From the NCBI GenBank assembly GCA_964348295.1, contig CAYGBV010000064.1, forward strand, positions 91,739-155,738: DNA of 64,000 bases, read 5' to 3'. The notes under the pieces are model-generated. The model did no database searches. It had not been told where the DNA came from and worked only from the letters and a program-made list of their open reading frames with translations. Below are positions 46,554 through 56,080 of this stretch, in pieces (the stretch's first letter is position 1; every line of letters begins with the position of its first letter). Origin of the DNA: an uncultured Gemmatimonadaceae bacterium (GTDB lineage: Bacteria > Gemmatimonadota > Gemmatimonadetes > Gemmatimonadales > GWC2-71-9). Made by a program: the position numbers and the translations under genes.

Positions 46554-48809
46554 CTACGCCAAGCCCATCTCCTCCACCAACCGCTTGAACCGTTCCTCAT
46601 GCCGCAGCGGGTCGAGGAGCGGCTCCGTCTTGAGATAGCAGAGCCACCCGCGGCGTTCCTCGTGGGCCCGTTCCAGCCAGTCGAGGGCGGCCTCTCGCTC
46701 CCCCAGGGCGAGATGCAGGATCACCAGCGCCACCGGCAGGACGTACTCCGATTGCGCCTTGTCCAGGAGGTCGTCGCGGAGGCGTTTGGCCTGATCCGTC
46801 TCGCCGCGCTGGGCGTGGATGTGCCCCAGAGTCGCGCTGGCGTAGGCCGCGCCATCCGAGAGCGCGACCGCCTCCCGCGCCGCGGTGAGGGCGTCATCGA
46901 GCAGTCCGCGGTCCGCGTAAGCCAGCCCCAGCAGCCGGTGGTTCTCGTGGGCCGTCGGCGCCATCTCTACGGCCCGCCGCAGGTGCTCGACCGCTCGACC
47001 CGGCTGGCGCGCGAACAGGTACTGCCAGCCCAGGGTGCGCCGCACTGACACGGACGCGGGGTCGAGCTCGAGGGCCACCCGCCCCTCAGCCAGCGACTCA
47101 TCGGTTCGTCCCAGCGCCATCAACACCCAGGAGTGCCACTGGCGCGCCGTCGCGTAGCGCGGGTTGAGCTCGATGGCGCGGCGGAACTCGCGCTCGGCGC
47201 CCTGCCAGTCCCAGTCGTAGATGAACGTGACCCAGCCGAGCGACGTGTGCGCCTCGGCCAGCGTCTCATCCAGGGACAGGGCACGGCGCGCCTGGACCTT
47301 CGCCCGCTCCATACCTTCGACCACCGGGAGGCCGCGGTAATCGGTCTGGATGGCGTAGCAGTCTGCCAGCCCGGTGTATGCGAGCGCGTAGTCGGGGTCC
47401 TCCGCGATGGCCTGCTCGAAGTGCTCGACGGCGGTCGCGATGTCCTCGGGTGTGCGCAGATTCCAGTAGTACCGGCCCTTCAGGTAGTGGTTGTAGGCCG
47501 AGACGTTGTCGGTGTAGCGCCGCGCCACGGGGTCGCCAAGGTCGCGCAGGAGCGTGGCGCGCAGCGTGCGGACGATGGCGCTGGCGATCTCGTCCTGCAG
47601 GGTGAAGACGTTCTGTAGCTCGCGGTCGTAGCGCTCCGACCAGAGCGTGCCGCCGTCAGCCACGTTGATCAGGGCCACGGTGATGCGGAGCCGCTGCCCC
47701 GCCTTGCGGACGCTTCCCTCGAGCAGCGCCGACACGTTGAGCAGCGAGCCGATGGAGCGCGCGTCTCGGCGCTCGCCCTTCAGCGCGAACACCGAGGTGC
47801 GCGACGCCACGTGCAGGCCCTCGACCTTGGCGAGGGCGTTGATTAGCTCCTCGGTGATGCCGTCGCTGAGGTACTCGTTCTCGGGGTCGGGACTGGCGTT
47901 GACGAAGGGCAGCACCGCAATCGTGCGGCGCGCGTCGACCACGGGAACGACGGGGGCGGTGCCGGTCTCCCGTGCAGCGAGCGCCTCTGCGAAGTCGCCC
48001 GCGGTGGCGAGGCGATCCTCCGGCACCTTGGCCAACGCCTGCGCCAGAGCCCGTTCGACGGCCAAAGGCGCATTGGGGCGGAGCGTACGAACGAGCGGCG
48101 GCGGCTGGGTGGCGTGCCGCGCCATCGTCTTGATGGGGCTCTCGTCGGGGAACGGCGTCCGGCCGGTGAGCATCTCGTAGACGACGCAGCCCAGGCTGTA
48201 GACGTCGCTTCGGGCGTCCAGCTTGTCGTCGGCCGCCGCCTGCTCCGGGCTCATGTATGCCGGTGTGCCGATCGCAAACCCGGTCTCCGTAAGGTCGCCC
48301 AGGTCGTCGCAGCACGCGGTGATCGCCCGGGCCACGCCGAAGTCGGTGACCATCGCCTGTCCCTCGCTGAACAGGATGTTCGCCGGCTTGATGTCCCGGT
48401 GCAGCACGTCGCGGCGGTGCGCGTAATCCAGCGCCGCGGCCACCTCCCGCGTGATGCCGACCACGTCCTCGACGGCGAACGGCCCGTCCTGCCGCAGGCG
48501 GTCCCGCAGCGAGCCACCCGACACGTACGGCATGATGTAGTAGAGGAAGCCCTCGCACTCGTCGGAGTCGTGTAGCGGGAGGATGTTGGGGTGGGTCAGC
48601 GATGCGACGATGCGGATTTCCCGCAAGAATCGCTCCGGGTGGTAGCCCGCCACCGCCAGCTCGGGGTGCAGCACCTTGAGCGCGACCTCCCGATCGTGCT
48701 TCACGTCGCGCGCCAGGTACACCGTGGCCATCCCGCCGCGGCCGATCTCGCGTTTGATGGTATAGCGGTCGCGCAGGGCGGTCTCGAGGCGGTCCAAGTG
48801 CTTCGGCAT
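46554..48809 (-). CDS. Hanks-type Ser/Thr protein kinase with TolB-N-like and TPR domains
   Basis: [30 protein letters not shown] and [10 protein letters not shown]. These are followed by [27 protein letters not shown] and then TPR repeats to the C-terminus. Confidence 0.85.
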   Translation of the reverse strand: MPKHLDRLETALRDRYTIKREIGRGGMATVYLARDVKHDREVALKVLHPELAVAGYHPERFLREIRIVASLTHPNILPLHDSDECEGFLYYIMPYVSGGSLRDRLRQDGPFAVEDVVGITREVAAALDYAHRRDVLHRDIKPANILFSEGQAMVTDFGVARAITACCDDLGDLTETGFAIGTPAYMSPEQAAADDKLDARSDVYSLGCVVYEMLTGRTPFPDESPIKTMARHATQPPPLVRTLRPNAPLAVERALAQALAKVPEDRLATAGDFAEALAARETGTAPVVPVVDARRTIAVLPFVNASPDPENEYLSDGITEELINALAKVEGLHVASRTSVFALKGERRDARSIGSLLNVSALLEGSVRKAGQRLRITVALINVADGGTLWSERYDRELQNVFTLQDEIASAIVRTLRATLLRDLGDPVARRYTDNVSAYNHYLKGRYYWNLRTPEDIATAVEHFEQAIAEDPDYALAYTGLADCYAIQTDYRGLPVVEGMERAKVQARRALSLDETLAEAHTSLGWVTFIYDWDWQGAEREFRRAIELNPRYATARQWHSWVLMALGRTDESLAEGRVALELDPASVSVRRTLGWQYLFARQPGRAVEHLRRAVEMAPTAHENHRLLGLAYADRGLLDDALTAAREAVALSDGAAYASATLGHIHAQRGETDQAKRLRDDLLDKAQSEYVLPVALVILHLALGEREAALDWLERAHEERRGWLCYLKTEPLLDPLRHEERFKRLVEEMGLA

Positions 48810-48971
48810 GGGGTCTATAAGATGGGGCCTGGGGTGGCGATCGGGGAACGGCCCGATGGGGTGATGTAGCAAGGCGGAGCCGCCTGGCCGAGCCAAGAGG
48901 CTCACGCAGCCAGGTATTTCGCGGAGCTGGGTCCCCGACGGATCTTTGGAGCCGAGCCGCCGGTTCTCAGC

Positions 48972-49235
48972 CTAACCCGCCATCCCCCTGCGCAGCAGCG
49001 TCTCGGCCAGCTCGGTCTTCTCGTGGTTGCTCGCCTCGGACCACCTGGAGGCGAGGTCCTCGGTCGTCTTCCCCTGCGGCAGCACTAGCCAGCGGTGCTC
49101 GTAGTCCGGTCCCACTGCGGTCAGGATGATGACGCGCCCGCTGGGGCCCGCCGGCGTGCCGTGCAGGTAGTAGGAGATGCCGCCTTCCTTCCAGGCGGCG
49201 AGCTGCTCCAGGCCGAGGTGCTCCTCAGGGCTCAT
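48972..49235 (-). CDS. small hypothetical protein (87 aa) translationally coupled to topoisomerase IB
   Basis: ATG 49235 overlaps the last 11 nt of the topoisomerase gene. GC3 is high and I recognise no motif. Confidence 0.55.
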   Translation of the reverse strand: MSPEEHLGLEQLAAWKEGGISYYLHGTPAGPSGRVIILTAVGPDYEHRWLVLPQGKTTEDLASRWSEASNHEKTELAETLLRRGMAG

Positions 49236-50319
49236 TGGCTTGGCGGGCCTCGCGGTCGAGGATCTGCTGCAGGAATTGTAGCACCGCCACCTCCTCCCTC
49301 CGCAATGCTGCGGCCGTGCCCGTCCGCTTGTCCTCGCCGTTGGGCGGCGGGGGCGGCAGGGGATCCATCACCTCGTCCCGCATGTAGGCCTCGAGGATCG
49401 CGGGGTGTACGTAGTACTTGCGACAGACCGCCCGGGTGTTCCCCAGGTGCCGTGCCACCTCGTCGACCGCCTGCACCACGTGCTTCTTCGCCTGTCGCTC
49501 CGAGGCTGCCGTGCCGAGGCGGCTGAGTTCCACGGCCGCGAGAATGGTACCCGCCCAGGTGCGGAAGTCCTTCGCGGTGATGTCGCGCCCCGTGATGTGT
49601 CGCAGATACTCGTTGATGTCGTCTGAGTCGACCTTCTGGCGCCGGCCGTGGTCGTCGAGATACTTGAACAGCTCGTGGCCGGGAAGCTCCCGGCAGCTCT
49701 GCACGATGCGTGCGATCCGGCGGTCGGTGATGGAGGCCGTCCGCGTGATGCCGCTCTTGCCGCGGAACTCGAAGCGCAGCATCGCACCCGTGACCTGCAC
49801 GTGGCGCCGCCGCAGCGTGGTGAGCCCGAACGAGCGGTTGTGCCGCGCGTATGCGATGTTGCCGACACGGAAGAAGGTGCGCTCCAACAGCCATACCACG
49901 GTGGCCAGCACCTTGTCGCGGGGGAGGCCGCGGCGCCGCAGGTCGCGCTCCACGCGGTCCCGTACCCTGGGCAGGACCTCGCTGAAGGCAAGCAGCCGCC
50001 CGAACTTCGACTCGTCGCGCTTCTCCCGAAAGCGGGGGTGGTAGCGGTACTGCTTGCGGCCCTTGCTGTCCCGGGCCGTGACCTGCAGGTGGCCGTTGGG
50101 GTTGGGGCAGATCCACACGTCCGTCCAGGCCGGCGGGACCGCCAGCGCGTTGAGCCGGCGGCGCTCGCGGCGGTCCCGGATGAGCGCGCCGCCGGGCTCG
50201 TAGTAGGCCCACCCGCGGCCCACCCGTTTGCGGCGGATGCCGGGCTCGGCGTCTGTCACGTACTCGAGGCCTGCGGCCCTGGCGGTCTGGACGTGGGGGA
50301 CGGCGGTCTCAGCGCTCAT
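49225..50319 (-). CDS. bacterial (poxvirus-like) DNA topoisomerase IB
   Basis: Matching segments are GIRRKRVGRGWAYYEPGG, PPAWTDVWICPNPNGHLQVTARDSKGRKQYRYHP, FEFRGKSG and the C-terminal CRKYYVHP (active-site Tyr region). Confidence 0.85.
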   Translation of the reverse strand: MSAETAVPHVQTARAAGLEYVTDAEPGIRRKRVGRGWAYYEPGGALIRDRRERRRLNALAVPPAWTDVWICPNPNGHLQVTARDSKGRKQYRYHPRFREKRDESKFGRLLAFSEVLPRVRDRVERDLRRRGLPRDKVLATVVWLLERTFFRVGNIAYARHNRSFGLTTLRRRHVQVTGAMLRFEFRGKSGITRTASITDRRIARIVQSCRELPGHELFKYLDDHGRRQKVDSDDINEYLRHITGRDITAKDFRTWAGTILAAVELSRLGTAASERQAKKHVVQAVDEVARHLGNTRAVCRKYYVHPAILEAYMRDEVMDPLPPPPPNGEDKRTGTAAALRREEVAVLQFLQQILDREARQANEP

Positions 50320-50449
50320 GGCCCGCAAGAAAGGCCGAGCGCCGGGAGGGCCGCTGTGACGCACGCCTCGTCGGCAGGGTCTGGGCGGCTTGCTGATCGT
50401 CTCTTGGTTTCCTAGTATACCACTAAATAAAATCGTGACGAGGCCTTCG

Positions 50450-51076
50450 ATGGTGGGACGCGTGGGACGGCCAAAGAAGCAGCTGCCCCGGGCCAGGCAC
50501 CTGTTGACGCGGCGCTTCCGCGCCCTGATGCACCTGGCCCACGAGGGGAACCTGGGGGAGGCGAGCCGGGCCACCGGCGTCTCCTACCCGACCCTGCGGG
50601 ACCTCTACGTGGGGCGGACAGTGAATCCCAGCTTCCGCACACTCGAGGCCCTAGCCGACACCTACGGGGTCGCCCTGCAGTGGTTCCGCGACGAAACGGA
50701 GCCCGAGGAGGTGCCGGTGGAGGGCAGGGTCGGCTACCTCCCGCCCCACCCCCATGCCTCGGCCGGGCGGCCGCACCTGCGCGAGGTCGTGATCCCCTTC
50801 TCGGCGTGGCCAATGTACCGGGTGTTCTCGGTGCTGGAGCGGCGCCTGAGCCTGGGAGAGCCGCGGCCCGATCGTCCGATCGTGGGAGAGGCCACCGGCG
50901 ACGCCCTGACCTTCCGGCTCGCCACGTTCCTGTTTCAGCCCCTACTCGCAGCGGAGAAGGCTGGGCTGAGGCAGGTAATTCCCGAGGGGGCTGGCGGAGG
51001 AAACCCGGAGTGGGTAAGCCGCCTCAGGACCCTGGGTGCCATGTGGGAGGTGGTGCTCCGCGAGATGCTGGGCTAG
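50450..51076 (+). CDS. XRE/Cro-like helix-turn-helix regulator with unknown C-terminal domain
   Basis: GNLGEASRATGVSYPTLRDLYVGRTVNPSFRTLEALADTYGV is an HTH pattern. The gene is divergent from the topoisomerase IB gene across an AT-rich 130-bp spacer. Confidence 0.6.
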   Translation: MVGRVGRPKKQLPRARHLLTRRFRALMHLAHEGNLGEASRATGVSYPTLRDLYVGRTVNPSFRTLEALADTYGVALQWFRDETEPEEVPVEGRVGYLPPHPHASAGRPHLREVVIPFSAWPMYRVFSVLERRLSLGEPRPDRPIVGEATGDALTFRLATFLFQPLLAAEKAGLRQVIPEGAGGGNPEWVSRLRTLGAMWEVVLREMLG

Positions 51077-51286
51077 CGCTCAGGGGGCGTGGCTCTGACA
51101 CGCTCCAGCCCCGGGTTCCAGTGCCCCTCCCCAAGCCGGTTCGCAATGCACTGCGCGCCGCACAGTGAGTGATGCTCGCGGCGCGCGGAGGTTGCGTGGG
51201 CACGGCCCATGACTGATTCTCTAGTGGATCTGTCCCCGTGCAGCGAGCGGGGTCTCGGCCACAAACCGTGGATGTGGAGCCTGGAC

Positions 51287-52270
51287 ATGACCGAGCGCGA
51301 TCTCACGCGGCGCGACTTCGTGATGATGGGCGCCGCCGGCACGGCCGCCCTGTTCCTCAACCGACGGCTCTCCCTCGCGGGGGACCCGCCCATGCCTGAG
51401 CGGCCGCTGGGCCGCACCGGACATCGGGTGCGCCTCTTCAGCCTCGGCGGCCAGGCGACACTGGAGGAGCCGGACAGGGATGCCGAGGCCGAGGCGATCA
51501 TCAACCGCGCCATCGACCTGGGTGTGAACTACATCGACACCGCGGCCCGCTACGGCCGCGGGGTGAGTCAGCGCTACATCGGGAAGGTCATGGCGACGCG
51601 GCGCGACGAGGTGTTCCTTGCGACCAAGACGCACGACCGCACGCGTGACGGGTCGCTGCGCCTGCTGGAGGAGAGCCTGCAGTCACTGCAGACCGACCAC
51701 CTCGATCTCTGGCAGCTCCACAACGTTCGGCGGACGGACGAGCTGGATGCCATCTTCGGCGAGGACGGGGCGATCGAGGCGATGCTGCAGGCGCGCGATG
51801 AAGGGATGGTACGCTTCCTCGGGATCACGGGGCACGCCGATCCGGTGGTGCTGGTCGACGGCCTCAACCGCTTCGACTTCGACACCATCCTGATGGCGCT
51901 CAACGCGGCCGACCCGCACCACCTCCCGTTCGTGGATGAGCTCCTGCCGCTGGCCAACCAGAAGCAGATGGGTGTCATCGGGATGAAGATCCCCGCTCGC
52001 GGCCGCATCTTCCGCGAGGGCGGGATCACCTCCATGCGTGACGCCATGCGCTACACGCTGACGCAGCCGGTGAGCACGGTGATCGTGGGCGTGGACGACG
52101 TCGCGCAGCTCGAGGAGAACGTCGCCATCGCCGCCGAGTTCGAGCCCCTCACGCGGGACCAGATGGCCCACCTGGAGGGGCTCACGAGCGACTACGTGAG
52201 CGAGGCCTCGTGGTTCAAGCGGGGGGCGCGCGGCTCCCGCGGCGACGAGGACGATCAGGACATCGATTAG
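51287..52270 (+). CDS. aldo/keto reductase with twin-arginine (Tat) signal peptide
   Basis: Tat motif TRRDFVMMGAAGTAALF. AKR motifs GVNYIDTAARYG, HLDLWQLHNV and GITGH. Confidence 0.8.
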   Translation: MTERDLTRRDFVMMGAAGTAALFLNRRLSLAGDPPMPERPLGRTGHRVRLFSLGGQATLEEPDRDAEAEAIINRAIDLGVNYIDTAARYGRGVSQRYIGKVMATRRDEVFLATKTHDRTRDGSLRLLEESLQSLQTDHLDLWQLHNVRRTDELDAIFGEDGAIEAMLQARDEGMVRFLGITGHADPVVLVDGLNRFDFDTILMALNAADPHHLPFVDELLPLANQKQMGVIGMKIPARGRIFREGGITSMRDAMRYTLTQPVSTVIVGVDDVAQLEENVAIAAEFEPLTRDQMAHLEGLTSDYVSEASWFKRGARGSRGDEDDQDID

Positions 52271-52283
52271 CGGGCGTAGCGGA

Positions 52284-53573
52284 TCACAGCGACCGTACTA
52301 CGGCAGCGGAGCGACCCAGGAACAGCTCCCGCTCCATGTCGGAGTTGACCAGGTTCGGCGAGATCCGGACGGTGTTGAGCCCCTGAGTCTGGAACGGGCG
52401 GAACACGAACCCGTACTCCCGATGCATCCGCTCGAACAGGTCCCTGCTGGTAATCCCCTGCACCTCGATTGCGTAGAGCGAGGCCGAGAGCTCCCAGGAG
52501 GTCGGCGAGCGCCACTCGGTGTGGGCCGCATTGTCCACCGCCCTGCGCCAGCCCTGCCACATCGTGCGATAGCGCGAGGCCTTGGCATCCTCGCCGAGCG
52601 AGGCCTGGAAGTCGAGCGCATCACCCAGGGCGATGACCTCGGGCAGGTTGCGGGTGCCGTAGTCCTCGAAGATCCGCACCGTTCCCGCCCAACGCTCCTG
52701 CCCCCACGTGACCCACATCGGTCGGAGTGTGCTCTGCACGTCGCGCTTCAGGTAGAGCAACCCGGTGCCCTTGGGTGCCTGCACCCACTTGTGCGGGCTC
52801 GCCGCGTAGAAGTCCACGCCTGCCTGGGCCACGTCTACGGGGAGCATCCCCACCGTTTGAGCGCCGTCCACGGCGACGAACTCCACCCCGCGCGAGCGGG
52901 CCAGCGCGGTGAGCTCCTTCATCGGGTGTCTGAGTCCCACGATGTTGTCCACGTGAGGGAAGACGAGCACCCGGGTGTTGGCTGAGATCTGACGATCGTG
53001 CAGGTCCAGCACCTCGTCGAGAGTGAGGTTCGGCATCTCGCCCACCGGGAAGTCGAACTGCTTCACGGTGAAACCCTTCGCCTCGGCCTGGTGGAACCAG
53101 CAGATGCTCGCCCCGGGGTGGTTCAGCGAGGAGAAGACCACCTCGTCTCCCCTTCCGAGAGGAAGCCCCTGTGCCAGGATGTTGAAGCCCTCGGTAGTGT
53201 TGTGGGTGAGGGCGACCTCGGCGGCCTCACACCGCAGCAGCCGTGCGGCCCTGGCTCGCACCGCCTCCCGCGGTTCCTCCCACTCGCCGCCCCACATGTA
53301 GGCCCAAGGATTGGACTCGCACAGCTCCAGGTATCGCGCGTGCGCCTGCTGCACGGCGCGGGGAATGGTGCCGGTGGAGGCGTGGTTGAGGTAGGTAATG
53401 TCGGGATCCAGGGTGTACACTCCTTCCTGGCCCCCGGGCAACGCGCTCCCAGCCTTGCCCGCCGCCTGGGCGATGCCTTCGGCCACGGCCCGATCGAGTG
53501 CCAACAGGCTGCCGACGCTCGAGGCGCCGACGACCGCAGCCATCCGTTTCAGGAATGCGCGACGGTGGTTCAT
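52284..53573 (-). CDS. class-V PLP-dependent aminotransferase / cysteine desulfurase-like enzyme with Tat signal
   Basis: Tat motif HRRAFLKRMAAVVGASS. Class-V-like YLNHASTGT, and FYAASPHKW (PLP-Lys region). Confidence 0.75.
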   Translation of the reverse strand: MNHRRAFLKRMAAVVGASSVGSLLALDRAVAEGIAQAAGKAGSALPGGQEGVYTLDPDITYLNHASTGTIPRAVQQAHARYLELCESNPWAYMWGGEWEEPREAVRARAARLLRCEAAEVALTHNTTEGFNILAQGLPLGRGDEVVFSSLNHPGASICWFHQAEAKGFTVKQFDFPVGEMPNLTLDEVLDLHDRQISANTRVLVFPHVDNIVGLRHPMKELTALARSRGVEFVAVDGAQTVGMLPVDVAQAGVDFYAASPHKWVQAPKGTGLLYLKRDVQSTLRPMWVTWGQERWAGTVRIFEDYGTRNLPEVIALGDALDFQASLGEDAKASRYRTMWQGWRRAVDNAAHTEWRSPTSWELSASLYAIEVQGITSRDLFERMHREYGFVFRPFQTQGLNTVRISPNLVNSDMERELFLGRSAAVVRSL

Positions 53574-53575
53574 GG

Positions 53576-54349
53576 CTACTCCCGTGAGGCGAAGCGCTCC
53601 AGGAAGGCGCGCTCGTCGGGCGTGAGGCTGTTCATCCCCTTGGCGCTGATCTTGTCGAGGATGCGGTCCAGCTCATCCCGGTTCACCTGGTGCATATCGT
53701 CGCGGCGGATGCGCTGCCAGCGCTCCAGGTCGCCGCTGCCCCCCGACCTGGGCTTCGGCTGGACGGCGGCCGCCTTCTTCTTGAAGCGTCGCGCTGGTGA
53801 GCGCCAGTCGAGCCACTTGATGTAGAGGAATCCGCCCAGGAACCCGCCGAGGTGCGCAAAGTGGGCTACGCCTCCTCCGCCGGCCCCGCCGCTGAAGCCG
53901 CCGAACAGAGCCAGCGCGGTGAGCAGCGCCACCAACCACCGCGCCTGAATGGGGAGCACACCCCAGATGTAGATCAGATCCTTGGGCCAGTACAGCGCGT
54001 AGCCGAGCAGCACGCCGAACACGGCGCCGGACGCCCCGACGATGGCCGCGTAGGGCGTGAAGATGAGCGACACGAGCGCCGCGACGATCCCGCTAGAGAA
54101 GTACAGACCTGGGAAATGACGCCGGCCGAGCCGGACCTCGAGCCGGGGCCCGAAGAAGTACAGGGCCAGCATGTTGAAGAACAGGTGCAGCAACCCCGCG
54201 TGCAGGAACATGTAAGTGATGATCGTCCACGGCCGCAGCGGGATGAGGATGGGCCTGAGCCAGAGCAGCCGCACCGCCTGCGGGAAGATCTGGATCAGCA
54301 GGAACATCACCACGTTGGCAATGAGCAGCCGGGTCACCCAAGGCGTCAT
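53576..54349 (-). CDS. rhomboid-family intramembrane serine protease with C-terminal TPDERAFLERF tail domain
   Basis: HLFFNM, GASGAVFG (catalytic Ser) and AHLGGFLGG (catalytic His). Confidence 0.85.
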   Translation of the reverse strand: MTPWVTRLLIANVVMFLLIQIFPQAVRLLWLRPILIPLRPWTIITYMFLHAGLLHLFFNMLALYFFGPRLEVRLGRRHFPGLYFSSGIVAALVSLIFTPYAAIVGASGAVFGVLLGYALYWPKDLIYIWGVLPIQARWLVALLTALALFGGFSGGAGGGGVAHFAHLGGFLGGFLYIKWLDWRSPARRFKKKAAAVQPKPRSGGSGDLERWQRIRRDDMHQVNRDELDRILDKISAKGMNSLTPDERAFLERFASRE

Positions 54350-54436
54350 GGCTAGGAAGCCTAGAGGGTTGGTCCGACGTACGCCAGCGGTGGGCCGCTT
54401 CCCGCGCGCCAGGCGGAGAGTATCTTAGGAATCCGC

Positions 54437-56077
54437 ATGACCGAAATCGAGCTCAAGAAGAGACGACCCTCACAGTCCACCGCGGCAGGGGGAAGCGGTA
54501 AGCCCCTGAGTCTGCCGCCGGACGTCGTGGAGAAGGCCGGACGGCGGCTCGGCATTGCTGCGCTGGTGTACGCGGTCACGTACACCCTGGCCTACGGCAC
54601 GGGCCGGATCACGGCGAACTGGAGCGAGTACTGGGAGGACGCGAGCTTCCCGGCGTCCCCGGACTTCGTGGCTGCCGGCTTCGTCGCCGCCTCGATTGCG
54701 CTGTTCTTCTTCGTGCGCAGCCGCGTCGTCAGCGGAGAGTGCGTGCTGAACTACGGTCTGTTCTACGAGGTCGTGGCGGCTGCGGGGATCGACGTGCATC
54801 TGGCGTTCGGCATGTGGCCGGAGGGGATGATCGTCGGAGGCATCTCGTGGGTGTCCGTGTGGCTCGTCTTCTTCCCGCTGATCGTGCCCACCACGCCGGG
54901 GAAAGCCGCGGTGGCGGCCCTGGCGGCGGCCTCGACGAGCCCGGTGCTCTACGCGATCGGCGTCGCCCGGGGGGGTCCCCCGCTCGAAACCGGCCATCTC
55001 GTGCCATTCATACTGGCCAACTACATCTGCGCCGGCATCGCCGTCGTGGGCTCGCGGGTGATCTACCGCATGGGCACCGATATCAGTCGCGCCCGCCGCC
55101 TGGGGAGCTACCTGCTGGTGGAGAAGCTGGGCGAGGGCGGGATGGGCGAGGTGTGGAAGGCGGAGCACCGCATGCTCGCGCGCCCGGCGGCGATCAAGCT
55201 GGTGCGCAGCGGCCTGGGCACCGGTCCCGGCCGCTCGGGGGGCACCGAGCATCACCGCTTCGAGCGGGAGGTCCAGGCCACGGCCCAGCTGCGCTCGCCA
55301 CACACCGTCGAGGTCTACGATTACGGCCTCACCGAGGAGCGCAGCTTCTACTATGTGATGGAGTTGCTCGACGGTCTGAGCCTGGAGGAGCTGGTGGAGC
55401 GGTACGGCCCCATGCCGCCCGAGCGCGCCGCGCACATCCTGCGGCAGGCGTGCCACTCCCTGGGTGAGGCCCACGCACGCGGCATGGTGCACCGCGACAT
55501 CAAGCCGGCCAACATATACCTCTGCCGCTACGGCCAGGACCTGGATTTCGTGAAGGTGCTGGACTTCGGTCTCGTGAAGCGGGCGGGCACCCCGGCCCTG
55601 CAGGACGTCAGGCTGACCGATGTCGGGACATTTACGGGGACGCCGGCGTACGGATCACCCGAGGGCGCCGCCGGGGAGGGAGAGGAGGTCGATCCGCGCA
55701 GCGACCTCTACTCCCTGGGATGCGTCGGGTACTGGCTACTCACGGGACGGACCGTGTTCAGAGCCAATTCGCCGATGCTCATGCTGGTGCAGCACATTCA
55801 CCAACAGCCCGAGCCTCCTTCGAGATACACGGAGCTCGAGATCCCACCGGAATTCGATGCGCTGATCCTGGATTGCCTGCAGAAGGACAAGACGGAGCGG
55901 CCGCACTCGGCGGAGATCCTCGCCTCCCGGCTGGCCGCGCTCAGCTTCGCTAGCGGCTGGTCGCCCGAGCGGGCCCGGCAATGGTGGGACACGCATGAGC
56001 CCCGGAGCGTGTACGAGACCCCTCCGAGGGGCGAGGCGAGCCCCGAGGTCGACGCGCCGAACGTGGTCAAGCTGTAG
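54437..56077 (+). CDS. Ser/Thr protein kinase with N-terminal polytopic membrane sensor domain
   Basis: About 6 TM helices are followed by [32 protein letters not shown] and GTPAYGSPE. Confidence 0.85.
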   Translation: MTEIELKKRRPSQSTAAGGSGKPLSLPPDVVEKAGRRLGIAALVYAVTYTLAYGTGRITANWSEYWEDASFPASPDFVAAGFVAASIALFFFVRSRVVSGECVLNYGLFYEVVAAAGIDVHLAFGMWPEGMIVGGISWVSVWLVFFPLIVPTTPGKAAVAALAAASTSPVLYAIGVARGGPPLETGHLVPFILANYICAGIAVVGSRVIYRMGTDISRARRLGSYLLVEKLGEGGMGEVWKAEHRMLARPAAIKLVRSGLGTGPGRSGGTEHHRFEREVQATAQLRSPHTVEVYDYGLTEERSFYYVMELLDGLSLEELVERYGPMPPERAAHILRQACHSLGEAHARGMVHRDIKPANIYLCRYGQDLDFVKVLDFGLVKRAGTPALQDVRLTDVGTFTGTPAYGSPEGAAGEGEEVDPRSDLYSLGCVGYWLLTGRTVFRANSPMLMLVQHIHQQPEPPSRYTELEIPPEFDALILDCLQKDKTERPHSAEILASRLAALSFASGWSPERARQWWDTHEPRSVYETPPRGEASPEVDAPNVVKL

Positions 56078-56080
56078 GGG

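Noticed and set aside
49225-50319. Topoisomerase IB as a marker of a prophage or mobile element
   Set aside because: No integrase, transposase, phage structural genes, att-like direct repeats or tRNA are nearby. Composition is like the surrounding chromosome.
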